Assembly (NCBI GenBank): GCA_951406725.2
Contig: OX597815.1
Location: 156,550,001-156,614,000, forward strand
Source: Octopus vulgaris
Taxonomy: Eukaryota
Length of the DNA stretch: 64,000 nt
Direction of reading: 5' to 3'
A model generated the notes under the pieces. It saw only the letters and a program-made list of their open reading frames with translations, was not told where the DNA came from and searched no databases. A program made the position numbers and the translations under genes. This document shows positions 1 to 14,601 of the stretch, piece after piece (position 1 is the first letter of the stretch; each line of letters starts with the position of its first letter).

Positions 1-1847
<1,847 letters not shown>

Positions 1848-1920
1848 AAGTGAATATATTAACAAAGATTTAAGGCCCTGAATGATAACATCTTGCAGCT
1901 AGTATTTTCACTACTCATTT

Positions 1921-2085
1921 CCTCCGCCTTTACGTTCTGAGTTTATATTCCGCCGAGGTCGACTTTGCTTTTCATCCCCTTCGGGGTCAATAGATTAAGT
2001 ACCAGTTAAGCACTGGGGTCGATGTAATCAACTTACCCCTTTCCTCAAAATTGCTAGTCTTGTGCCAAAATTTTCAACCAATATT
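1921..2085 (+). mobile_element. SINE copy (family with core gaggtcgactttgcctttcatcctttcggggtcgataaa-taagtaccagt)
   Basis: The same core recurs at ~2100-2280, 11330-11427, 19400-19615, 30440-30640 and 35360-35570. Confidence 0.75.
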
Positions 2086-2100
2086 TCTACTTCCTTCCTA

Positions 2101-2282
2101 AGGCTGCAAGCTGGCAGAATCCGTCTTTACGTTCTGAGTTCAAATTTCTCCAAGGTCGTCTTTGCCTTTCATTCTTTCAAGGTTGGTAAAGTAAGTACCA
2201 GTTGAGAACTGGGTTCGATGAAATTGACTATCCACCACTCACCCCATAATTTCAGCTTTGTGCCAAGTTTTGAAACTACTAT
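2101..2282 (+). mobile_element. Second adjacent copy of the same SINE family
   Basis: Diverged tandem copy of 1921-2085, with head ggctgcaagctggcagaatc. Confidence 0.75.
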
Positions 2283-3265
2283 TTTTACTTCCTTCTGAGT
2301 TCACCCAAACGTTCCAATACGAGAAATACATCTAGTTCTGCAACTACCAACTTTCTAATGTGGTTGATGCAGAATAGGCTGCTAAGGAAACACTTCAACG
2401 ATTAGGGATTTAAACCAGCAACACCTACTGACAACTGGATGGACCGGGTCATAAATAATTAATGAAATACTTAAACCATAAGCACTGTGTAATATTAGTT
2501 AGAGCCCTTGATCTGTAACTCTGCTGGAGTGATTTTCAAATTTCAGCTTTGAAGTTGTGTCCCTTTGGTGTGTAGAGTTCCATTTTAATAACGAATTGTT
2601 GCCATAGTTACCAGATATAGCCAATGCTGACTCTATCCCAAGTTCACTAAAACTTAAGTTCCACTATCCATAGAATTCAATTTTAATTTATATTGCATTA
2701 TCTATACAAAAAACTTGTGTTTCATTAAAACATTTCAGATTAAATCCTTGAACCTGTTCGACTCACAGTGTGAACACTTTCGTTTCAATATGAAATGCAT
2801 TCTTTTCACAACTCCCTATCCTCCTCCAAAAATGCCACAAATTGTAGTTCAATGCAGTCTAATTATTACCGGTAACGGTAAAGGTGGTCGATTCGTTAAA
2901 CTGATATTTAATTCCGTTTTTACATTCTACGTTTGAATCTTACCATGGCGAAAAAATAAGTAACACTTAGAATGGATTGAATGGACTCTGCCCCTCCACC
3001 ACAAAATATGGCCTTGTACTTATTTTAGAAATTCACTATTAGGATAGAAAATTACACAAACTATAAAATACTGGACCAAATATCAAATTATAATTACAGC
3101 ATATGTCAAGAATTTATACGTGTATCTTCCATTTCTACACTTGAATAATACACAAGCCTTCAAATGCTAGACCTCAGTGTATCTTATTAACTTCAATTAT
3201 GCCATAGTAAATATAATGTTGTGAAAGTTGCGACATAAAGTTTAAGAAACCTTTAATACTTCAAC

Positions 3266-3365
3266 TTTCCGTCGATTTAGACATGAATCGTGTAATTCGG
3301 GAAGTAACGCAGTAATTTTTAATTTGTAAATGTTTCGCTCAGCAATTCAACTCTTCTTTGTTTCA
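3266..3365. repeat. 100-bp segment identical to 6578-6677
   Basis: Base-by-base match tttccgtcgatttagacatg...ctcttctttgtttca. Confidence 0.9.
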
Positions 3366-6300
3366 CTTATTAACCCTCTATAAAGCTCAGCTAAGAGTCT
3401 CACCGGAGAATTGTTCACTTATATGAGACCATCCCCATCAACTGCACTCAAACGCACTATATCAGATCAAAATGACACCAAATGGATTGGTTGGAATGAA
3501 TTTATAACCAATTCGGTTTAAATATCATCTCGGGGACACTGTTTGCCTTAACATCCAGGTTCGCTTTTCTAATCCTTCTATATCAGCTTCGGTCACCCTT
3601 TTTTCTTTTGTACCATCTGATCGACGAACAACAGACGGTGACGTCTTTCACAGATACTGTATGGTAGTCAGTGTATTTCTATGGCCAAATACAAAGTGTT
3701 TTTCTGTTGTGTTTCTTTGCTCTTTTACTCTTGTACTTCTTTCAGTCATTTGATTGTGACCATGCTCACTCTGATAAGGAGTTGGAAACTTTGCTACATA
3801 ATCAACACTTTCATTATGATTCAAGCCAGCAGATATATCCGAACAGAGTATTCCTCGAAATTTTTAAATGCCACTGATGTTGTGGGGCTTGTCTAAAATT
3901 TTGGCTTGAGTGAGAGCCGGCGGGAAGATACGATTCACTGACCTCTTTGGTGGCTACCTCGTAGCACTCCCCCATTATAATCTCAAGCTGGAAGAAATAC
4001 TTAGAAACAAAACTTGAATTTAATTTACCATGCTTATAGAGATGCCCTTAAAATGGTCAGGAATTATATAAGACGTTACAAGGAACACAAATCAAAAACA
4101 AACATTAGAATGCAAGACAAAATTTCTTCACTATATTCAGTTAATTCTCTTTATATTTTAAATTCAAATTTGTGAAGATCAACTTTTTTTTCACCCATCC
4201 TGAATCAATGATATTCAAAACAGAAGAAAGATAAACATCAAGAATATAGATGGTTTTGATCAACAATATCCAGTTCTCAAATCTTATGGCCTTGTGCCAA
4301 TATATGAGAAATCAATATAGGAATTGCCGATTTATTTGTGCATTTATACATAAATATATACGAAGTAATAAAATGAATATCAATTTTGCACTGTTATCCA
4401 TAGCTTTATAACCAACGCCAATGTAAAAATCTTTACTCAATTTTTGCGCCCAAACGGTTCTCATAGAATTATAAAATATCATGTTTTAAATTCATATTCT
4501 TCTTCTAATTATAGAAACTATGTCGTGAGAACACAAGGCATACACAATTAAAATCGAAATCATTTTTTCATGGTATTTACTTTATCGGCGAAGTGTATTC
4601 CGCAAGAAGAATACTTCATTGATTTTATCTTCTAGGTGATCATTCTTTGTAATATTCAGCTGCTGGAGAAACTAAATCATGTTCAGGCCACATCTATGTA
4701 CATCCGGAATAGTGCTTCCCCTTCCACATTCACACGCAGACACACTCGCAGATTGAGATACATAGTCGTTATCTATTGTTCTCTTTTAAATATGTGTCTG
4801 AAAATGTTATGATGATGGATTGCTTTATGAAAGTACAGAATTGGAGTAAATGAAACAGCAATGAAAATTGATAGTGATAAACAAACTTCACTCTGAGATG
4901 AATTACTTGTTTATGTAGAAACCACTGAAGCAGGGTACTGCTGAATGTCTAGAAATATTTATGGGACGCCATAGATATTCTATGTTCAAGGAAAGACAAC
5001 TAAATCTTAGTTCGTTTTTAAGAATGCTTTTATCAAAGCTGTTGCATTGCATATGTGTAGCAGTGCCACTGTGATGATATATCACCTTCAAAAGGATGAC
5101 ACATTTCCTATTTATATAAGCACGCTTCTTTAGCCTAGGCATAAAGCCAGTTCATTATATTTTTATTTATTTATTTTTTAAGCAGTTGAAAGAATGAGTT
5201 AAATCAATTTAAAAAACTACAGTTTATTACCGGCATTTTATAGATTCCAATAAAATACATGGCAATAACCAAATGAGTTCATAAATTCACAAAGAAATAC
5301 ACATAGAAGTTTGAAACAACTCCAGTATATAACTGGTGTTTATGTTATTAAACTCATATCAAAAGAAGAAGGGAAGACATTCCCGCTGACATTATCCCTC
5401 ATTTTCCCATTTCACTGCCTTTCAAAGATTTATAATGTAAGAACAATGTCCTTTGACTTCTTAGATTTAAAAAAAATCTAGTTAATCTTTCATAATTTAG
5501 GTGCTAACCTCATCGCATAGATATATGCTATCATTTAGGATGCAGGGATGCTTGTGTAGCCGAAATGTTTGCTCAGCATGTAACTCTGCGTTCGATCCCC
5601 TGCGCGACACCTTGGGTGAGAGTCTTCTATCATAAATTTGGATCACCATGTGACTTGTGAAATTAGATTGGTGGGAACTTCGAGGTAAATATTTTTCGCG
5701 GTGAAGATATGTTTAGCAGAGTCCACATTGTTTTAAACATTCACATTCGGTTTGAGTTGATTGGAAGCATGGTTTTCTTTCTCACTTGCTTTCCGCCATT
5801 CTCTGAGGATATATAATGGTATTGAGCGCTGCTCTTTTTTTCCTTGATTAAACTACAGAAATACAACGTTGACATCATTCCAGCTATAGGCACTATATGT
5901 ATATTTGTTTCTCACTCACTCATGTTACAGCATCTGGAATGAATTATAGTTCTTATATATGTGAATATTGTAAATGTGAAACTTTAGTTAGATATATTCG
6001 ACCAGGGACGATAGCGATCCAGTATTGCTTGGGTATATGGGTAAAATGATAACTTTGCTAGACTATGAGAAATTACATTCGTAACATATTGAATGTCTGT
6101 TTTTGAGTTTGTAAAAGTACGGAATAGGATTTCGTATGCAAATACTAAAAGATGCGATAGTTAAGTATAATACGAGAAGTGACTTTTCTTTATCTATTCA
6201 TTGGAACAAATGCTATGCATTTGTTCCATTGAAAGAAGTCAAGGATATCTTGATTAATCTTGGGTAAAGATGTAACCTATATTATCACGTAATTACGGTA

Positions 6301-6539
6301 CTTATATTGCAATGAAACAATGCTTTAATAATAAATATATTTGGATAGAGTGATAGCCTAACGCTTAAATCTGAACAACATTGTGATAAGAGCATTCAAA
6401 CAATGAAGGAGAAGAAGAAGCATGCAGTTTTGTTCTTTATTCTCAGAAGATTAGCTGAAAACTTTGTATGGAATGAAATTTGAACATCATATCCCCCTGT
6501 GACAGGCAGATATATGATTACAAGAACGGCTAGGCTTTT

Positions 6540-7250
6540 GATTCATCATTGATTTCTTTCTTCTGAAATGTATTACTTTTCCGTCGATTTAGACATGAAT
6601 CGTGTAATTCGGGAAGTAACGCAGTAATTTTTAATTTGTAAATGTTTCGCTCAGCAATTCAACTCTTCTTTGTTTCATTTACTTGTTGTCACAACTTACT
6701 GGATTTTCAATACATGTTTTCCCCCGAGACTTCCTTTTACATTCTTTCCTAATTTTTTCTATTACTAAATTATATTTCAAGATGTTTTTTTTTTTTCTTC
6801 TCTTAGTTTTATGTAGCTTCGTTTTTATTTTTATATTTTTGTATTTTCTGTTCAATTATAGATTTCATGGATTTCTGCATGACATGTGATCGGCCGATAA
6901 CTGCATACTGCACTCGTATTTCATAACATTTACAGCCTTCTCTGTCAGCTACTGCAGTGTTTCTATTTAAATATATCTTGTTTTTTTTTATTCGGTTTTA
7001 CCATAGAAAGTCTTTAAACATACGCCATTCCCGCATGCTTTATAATTTATAGTCATTCCTATCATTACCGTGGTGGCTTTCTTTAAAGAAAATATATGGG
7101 CAGTTTTCGATCTAATTGCAACCCCACTTAGTTCTTTCTTTAAGATATGTATTATTATCATTTCAATATTCATAGTTCACTGTACAGCCAAATTTCCAAA
7201 CTTTATGAATTATCTGTCAGTAAATTATCTATGAATGCTTTTTTATTTCC
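6540..7250 (-). mobile_element. Possible highly decayed LINE (APE endonuclease region) fragment
   Basis: Minus-strand translation gives KTFYGK..KK.R and SADH-like motifs followed by Lys-rich sequence; many stops. Confidence 0.3.
6578..6677. repeat. 100-bp segment identical to 3266-3365
   Basis: Direct repeat, 3312 bp apart. Confidence 0.9.
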
Positions 7251-7983
7251 CTTTTCCTTTTCTTTTAATTTTTTCCCTTGAGAATTTCTAATCAAATTAC
7301 TAGTGTATTTTCATACTTTAGTTAGGAAACTGATCTAAGAAGTTAAATAAACCAACGCTTTATGTAAATTCTATACGGTTATTCAGAGGGCAGGCTTTTA
7401 AAACTTTTAAAACTCGTAGAATATGTTGGATGAGAGTTTGTCTTTTCAATTCCAATCACTTAAATTCATTTCATTGCGTTCAATGAAACTAAAATTTTGC
7501 TTGCAATTTCATATTTAGAGATTCGCAAACTTTACACACTCCAGTATTATGTTTTAGTCACGTAGCCTACTAGACTTATTAATATAATAGGTAAGCTATA
7601 TGGTGGATTGTGTAGTATACCGTGCAACTGGCATTATTGCATTATGTTCGAGACTGATTCAGAAATGGCCAGATCCAAGTTGATGATATTAAGGTACAAC
7701 AAGAATAGGAAAAAGTAATGCATTGCTAGAAATTTAATACACTTGGTAGCATTAAATATGTAATATTGATAAGGAATTCATCCATGAATCAGTAGAAGCT
7801 ACCGAAATATTTCAAGTGTCTTCTAACGTACCGAGTTCCCCTACCATTTGACCAGAACTCTACTTCTGATTATGCACAGCATTAGATGACTTGTGTGTGC
7901 AAAACACCGTTCCTTATAAAATTCTTCACGCAGAAGTATCCTCCAAGAAGTAACCCAAACCATTATACGCAGAAAGCATATTA

Positions 7984-8740
7984 CACTGGTCAACAAAATA
8001 AAACTTTTATTTTCTGGCATAAAATCTTAGATTTGTTTTAAACTAATTTTTGGATGCTGATTCCAAAACTGACCTCAGATTTTCTGTATCACATCACATT
8101 TTTGTGCCATCAGTAATATCTTTATTTACCTGGAGCATACCAAAAGATAACTTTACACCACCGTTTGCTGGAATTTCGGACGGATTGCCATGCTAATTTT
8201 GAATATGTTCAAGCTGAGGTTTGCTCTAAAAACCTTCCTCTTCTTTTTAATTGCGAAGTGAACCACTGTGATCTAGTTATGGATACAACATAAAAGAAAA
8301 GACGTTCTGTAATGAACCGAACGTCTTCTGGTACATCTGTGAAAACTTCACTCTACAGGCTCCAAGGCACAGCATTAATAACATTGTCAAGAAGGTGTAA
8401 CATACTGACCGGTAAAGTAACATTTGGAAACCATGAGAAAACCTGCCCACCCCACAGACTTTGCAGAACATGTGTCGAAACTTGGTGCAATGAAGCAATT
8501 CATCAAAGCTCTTGATCACAGAGGAGACTGCTTCAGATACATATATACAAACTTTCCTAGTCTCATTGACGAGGAGAAGGCAGGAATATTTGATGGGCTT
8601 CAAATACGAACACTCCTCAAGGATCCACATTTTGTTACAACAATGAGTGTGGCGAAGGCTTAGAGTTTAAAATGCCTTCTCTGATGAATTACCTTGGGAA
8701 CAGGAAGGCTGACAACTGCTGCTCTTGTTTGAAATTTTAA
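7984..8740 (+). mobile_element. Internally deleted DNA transposon of the LHIKLG.MKQF.KAL transposase family (superfamily uncertain)
   Basis: TA|CACTGGTCAACAAAAT...GCTGATTCCAAAACTGACCTCAG terminus. ORF 8424-8663 reads KLGAMKQFIKALD..CFRYI..FPSL..EK.AGIFDGLQIRTLLKD..F. Confidence 0.75.
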
Positions 8741-8777
8741 AGAAATCTTAAGGTGTTTCCATTATTTCGTCCATCCC

Positions 8778-8870
<93 letters not shown>

Positions 8871-8879
8871 TATATCGCC

Positions 8880-9063
8880 ATGATAGATCAGTAGCCACTA
8901 CCCACATTTTGTTTCTCTCCTTGTTTTTTTCTGTGTCCCTTTCTGTAGAAGAGCGTAGGCTCGAGACGTAAAAGACTTTTTCAATTCCTGAGCGTTATAC
9001 TAATACATCTGTTTGTTTTGTACACCACCTGTCTTCGTCTTTTGGTTTTTTTTCCTGAACTCT

Positions 9064-9068
<5 letters not shown>
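8880..9068 (+). mobile_element. Short (TA)n-flanked repeat, Penelope pLTR/retrozyme-like, with hammerhead-like motif (GAAA mutated to GAGA)
   Basis: Flanked on both sides by (TA)n. About 90% similar by eye to 9725-9908; diverged copy at 60525-60680. Confidence 0.65.
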
Positions 9069-9148
<80 letters not shown>

Positions 9149-9724
9149 CATATATACATATACGTGTGTGTAAGTGTGAGTGTGTGTGTGAGGGGTGGGG
9201 TGGATGTGTGTGTATGAACACGAGATTTTCAATGAAAGAACCTGTTCCAATACTCCTCGATTTTCCAAGCACTACATAATGTTTGATCCTTACATTATTT
9301 TCCAATAAGGTTTTCATCGAACAGATGTTTTTTTTATTGGAAACATTCGCTTTCTTACTTTTTCTTCAAATATACACATTTATTCTGTTTCCTTATTAAT
9401 TTGTTTTATCTTCTTATCTGCATACATACTGGAGTAACACCTTCAAGGGTTTTAGTCAATATTATCGGACCCAATATTTTGAATCGCATTTACTTCATCG
9501 ATCTTGTAATAAAGGAAATGAAAAGAAACCATTTACGAAAGAGAAGATAACTCTGCCTGGCATTTATATGCACAAGTAGTTCTATTTGAACATCTTACTT
9601 TTTATTTTTGCTACAGGTTGTTATAGAAGATATTAACCCATAGTTCTTTGCAGTAGAGAGGGCCCCAGCAATTCTTAACCACAGATAGACCTGTGCCCCT
9701 AAATGTTCGGCATTATAACTATAT

Positions 9725-9905
9725 GTATGGCACTACACACATTTTTTCTCTCCTTGTTTCTCTCCTTGTTTTTTCTGTGTACCTTTCTGTAGAAGAGCGT
9801 AGGCTCGAAACGTAAAAGACTTTTTCTATTCCTGAGCGTTATACTAATACATCTGTTTGTTTTGTACACCACCTGTTTTCGTCTTTTGTTTTTTACGTAA
9901 ACTTT

Positions 9906-9908
<3 letters not shown>
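9725..9908 (+). mobile_element. Second copy of the (TA)n-associated pLTR-like repeat
   Basis: Homologous to 8880-9068 and followed by a long (TA)n tract. Confidence 0.65.
9783..9818 (+). ncRNA. Minimal type I hammerhead-like motif with variant core CUGUAGA
   Basis: cttt-CTGTAGA-a-gagc(gtag)gctc-GAAA-c-GTA-aaag. Stem I cttt/aaag, stem II gagc/gctc, palindromic ACGT stem III, GUA cleavage triplet. Confidence 0.5.
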
Positions 9909-9960
<52 letters not shown>

Positions 9961-9978
9961 ATATATATATAATATATA

Positions 9979-10044
<66 letters not shown>

Positions 10045-11440
10045 GAAAGTTATTGGAGACAAAAGCTACCAACTGGCATGATGCCGCCGATGTTTTTATT
10101 TATTGGAGATTTTATTCCATTAACTATTTGTTACATATTCTGTGTTCATATTTTAAAACTTTCACAACTAGGTAGTTAAAATATTTATCGATTAGTTACG
10201 ACTGTTAACATTACTCGTTAGCAATATCGCCTAAAGCTTAACAACTGCAGCAAGATAATTTAATACATTTCCGTCAGCAGTATAGCAACCAGTTAATGAT
10301 AAGACCCAATCTTGGGTGTTATGGATAGCAATAATATAACATTGATGAAACATTCGTTTACTGTTGCTATCTCCTTGAACTGACAAATTTTAGTTTTCAT
10401 GTCTTCTGCTGTGTAATCATTTGGAAATCACAACCTGTGTATTTACGAAATATTTCTCTCTTTGACAGTGATATTTGATGCTCGATCTGTTCTTTCATCC
10501 CAGCTTAAAATTAATTGAGAAAATCTCTGGTAAAAGGCATTTCAGATGTGATATTCCCTATTTCTTCAGAGTATCTACGATTGCATTTCTTAAAATGGCA
10601 CGGCGCTTTTTTGGGTTTTTTTCTTTTTTTTAGGAAAATCATTTGTAAATTCTAGTAAGCTAGACAACTACGTAGAAATTCGATCATTCGCTAGTTAACA
10701 ATAGAGTAAATGACAAACCCGTTCTCTAAAGTATAGAAAGGATACTGCAGAAGCTTATGACAATGAAATCGAATCACAGATGAGTATATTTATAATTAAT
10801 ATCTAGAGGATACATTGACCAGGAGGAAGCTTTCTCATTGTCCTTCACCTATTGATCCTGGAATAATTCGGCATTATACGTTAGGATCACTTATAAACAG
10901 ACATTAAGTACATCATGTGTAAATGTTAAACAGTTTATTGATACCGTCAAAAGATAGAATTATAAAATTAATCTCAAAGGGAAAATTCTAAGGGCATTCA
11001 TCTCTCTCCTCCTTTTCCAGCACGAATGACTTTAATCACCATGCTATTATATACTGAACTTAAATACAAATGGGAGAACAATCAGTTGTATTTTGTATAG
11101 AAATGGATTCAAGTGGTATGCTGTAGATTACTAACTACTGGAAACGTTGCAGAAAACACTACTCACGAAATTGATATACATGCTAAGTTATAAAGTTACA
11201 CCAGAATATCTTTAAAGGAGGAGGGGGTACATGAATATATCGTAAAAAAGATAAAGGCAAACACAAATGAGAGAATTATACCAAAGACATTTAATATGCA
11301 TCTGTGAAAATTAGTGCATTGGCACAATACTTAGCAGCAATTCTACCAACTTATTGTTTTGACTTCAAGTTCTTCAGAGTTCGACTTTGGCTTTCATTCT
11401 GTCGGGATCGATAAATTAAGTACCAGTTATTATTATTATT

Positions 11441-14150
11441 GACTTTGCACAGCTTCTAACGCTAGAGATGAATTACAGTGTCAGCTGTTCACTATCAGTG
11501 AACTTAGGTAACATCTCTTATGTTTCGAGCACCTTCCGGAGTGTTCGAGCAGTTCCAAGCAGTGCTGTTTTCTGCTAGTGCTCCACACTTATTGCAGTCC
11601 CTATTTGTTCCACGTACTTCTCGAGATTTCTGTTCAATGTTTCCAGGGATCCAACAATTATTGGTACCTTTTTCATTGACTACAACTACTTAACCTCCAA
11701 AGCTAACCTGTCATATCCCTCGACTTTTCTTTCTTCCTTACCACATATCTTGTTGTCATCTAGGCATGCTATATCTATGATCCAGCGTAGTCTGTTTTCT
11801 TTCTCAATTAAGACTATGTCCGGCTTCCTATTCTCTATCTCATGGTTGCACCGAATCATAAAATCCCATAGGATCTTTGCATTCCCATTTTTGACGATGC
11901 TTTCAGGTTTGTGGTCCTACCAATTTTTTGCTCTGTCAAGTCCATACTTGTTGCAAAGTGTCCAATGGACAAGCCTGGCTATATTGTCGTGGCGTCTCTT
12001 ATATTCCTTCTGGGCTAGTGGAGTACATTGGCTGGTAATATGCTATACTGTTTCACCGTTTTGTTCGCAGATTCTGCATTTATCTGCTGAGTTGTCTATT
12101 CTGTATTTTATGTAGTTTGTTCTTAGTGCTTGCCCTTGGGCAGTACAGATTAGAGCACAGATTTCCTGTCATAAATCACTTTTAGTCATCCACAGCCATC
12201 TTTTTTCTCTGTCTGTCTTATCTTCAACATCCCTATGAACTTGACCATGCATTCTTTTTTTACCCACCTATTTTCAGTTTCATTCGTTTTCAGTTGCTTG
12301 TATAGTGCTTTATCTTTGCAACCTTTCTTCTTACGCACGCCTGACCTTTTTACTTCTAATAATGGCGGTTCTGTGACATTTTTACATACCGTGATATGTT
12401 GCTTTCTTCTGGCCTAATGCTGTGTTCGAATCCAATAAGTCCCTTTCCTCCTCTTTTTCTTGCTATATACAGTCTGTTTATATCACTTTTGGGGTAGAGT
12501 GACCCATATCTAGTTGGCAACTTCTTTATCTTTCTGCCTAAGCTGTTTAGTTCGTCTGCTGTCCATGTGAGTACCCCTACACCATATCTAATGAGTGTCA
12601 CCCCAGATGTTGATAGCTTCGATCTTATTTCGTCCAATTAATTTTGACTATAGAATCAGTCTCAGTCTGCGCAAGTACTCTACCTTAAACTTTTCTGTCA
12701 TTTCTTTCTCCATCAATTTATCCATTTCCAAAATCCCCAAGTACTTATAGCCCGTCTCTTCTATCTGCTACATAACCTCCCCCGACCGTATCGTTAACCC
12801 GCCCATAAATTTGATTTTGCCTCTCTTCAAGTCTAACACACCACTCTTTCTCAGTTCGAACTCTATTCCGATATCAGCACTGAAGGTATATACCGTATCA
12901 ACGAGGGCTTCATCTTGACCATAAAACTTGAGGTCATCCAATAACAAATGGTTGAATTTTCGTTGGCGACTTTTGAATACATACCCAGCTTTTGCTTTCC
13001 TCAGATTCAGTGTTAGTTGTATCAAGCACATACACTCCATAATCCAGGAACGTGGAATCCTATCGTATGCCTTACGATAGTCGATCCATGACATGACTAA
13101 GTTACTTTTCCTTCTCTTGCAGTCTCTAAGTACAGTTTTGTCTATTAGAAGTTGATACTTGGTACCTCTGCACTTACGCTTGCAACCCTCTTGTTCATGT
13201 GGCAGGACTCCATTGTTTTCCAGATGTTCGTACATTGACTCTGCGAGTATTCCAGTCAATAACTTCCACATAAGTTGAAAACAGGATATCGGCCTGTAAT
13301 TATGTACCGTATTAATTATGTAATTATGTACCGTTTTTGATGTTTTTCAGGCACAGTACTGACCCTAACCCTAACCCTAACCCAATGTCAACCAATCTGG
13401 TGTTACTTGGTCGGCATTTAACAAGGTGTTGATTTGCGCAGGTATTCGTGCATGACATTCATGAAATCTTTTGATCCAGTAGCATTGAACTGCACCTGGT
13501 CCCGGGGCCTTCCAGTTCTAATTTTGTTACTGATTTTCTTCACTTCGCTAACTGAAATGACTATTTCTGCCTATTTTGGACAGACTACTGTTTATTTCAG
13601 TTCTTGTAACCATTCAGCAGCCTTCTTGTGCTCCTTGTCTTTGCTCCAGGTGTCACTCCCAAACCTTTGACTTTCAATGTTATCTGGTATCAACTTTTCA
13701 TCTGTTTACTCTTCATTTATTTCTTTGTAGAATCTCCTTTGATCTACTCTGAATAACCTATTTTTGTGATAACCCTTCATTCTTTGGTCGTATCTTACCA
13801 TCTTTGCTTTCTTTGCAACGAAGCGCTGTTTCAGTTCCTCCGCTCCTGCTTTCAAGCCCTTTCTTTCAATATCATACTTCTTTTTCAGCACCCTGTATTT
13901 TTGTTCGCTTTTAAGTTTCCCTTTCTCTTTTCGATCTCACACAGAAATTTCCTTCGGGCGCATGTCTAACCTTTCCTAGGTTCTTCTTTTCCACCATGGA
14001 TCTTTTCTTTTGTCTCTCCCATTATGTTTCTTTTTCTTGCCATCAAACCCACGTTTTCTGCTACAATACTCACTGCCCTGATCAAATTATTTGTTTCTGT
14101 GATGTTGTTTATTCTGATGTATTTCAGAATTTCCTTGACATTTTTCGCTT
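11441..14150 (-). mobile_element. 5'-truncated R4/Dong-clade non-LTR retrotransposon (RT + CCHC + restriction-like endonuclease), family A
   Basis: RT motifs [35 protein letters not shown]. Also CRICEQ..H..C..RHD and RKPDIVLIE (PD-D/ExK). 3' end abuts (TAA)n at 11427-11440. Frameshifted. Confidence 0.9.
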
Positions 14151-14200
14151 CATCATTATTAGTGTTATTATTATCATTATCATCATCATCATCATCACCA

Positions 14201-14240
<40 letters not shown>

Positions 14241-14242
<2 letters not shown>

Positions 14243-14514
14243 TATGTTTGACTTTTGATTTATATTTGTACAAGTTGGCTCCAAGTCTCACCCAGAGACC
14301 TCAAGAGACAACAGGTTGGAAGTTCATGTTGTTGTTATGCCTAGTGTGCCATATATTGAGGGGGGGGGAGTTTTTGGTGTTGTACTAATGAATGTCTAAA
14401 AAAAAAAATTTTTTTAATTTTTTTTTTTTTAAACCGAAAATTATGTTTGTTAATCATTAAATAGAAAGTATTTTGCGTAGGATATGAGCAGTTCCCATGG
14501 GCACTATCTTTTGA
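14241..14514 (-). mobile_element. 3'-terminal fragment of another Dong/R4 family between (TAA)n tracts
   Basis: Encodes IQKIVPMGTAHILRKILSI-stop plus a 3'UTR; flanked by (ATT)n. Confidence 0.8.
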
Positions 14515-14524
14515 ATTATTATTA

Positions 14525-14598
<74 letters not shown>

Positions 14599-14601
<3 letters not shown>

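Noticed and set aside
8753-9317. YI/IY-repeat ORFs (also at 24.5k, 32.2k, 57.7k, 61k, 62k)
   Set aside because: Translations of (TA)n/(TG)n microsatellites, not genes.
10041-10600. Possible Penelope endonuclease relic on the minus strand
   Set aside because: Only scattered Cys motifs; could not be aligned convincingly by eye.
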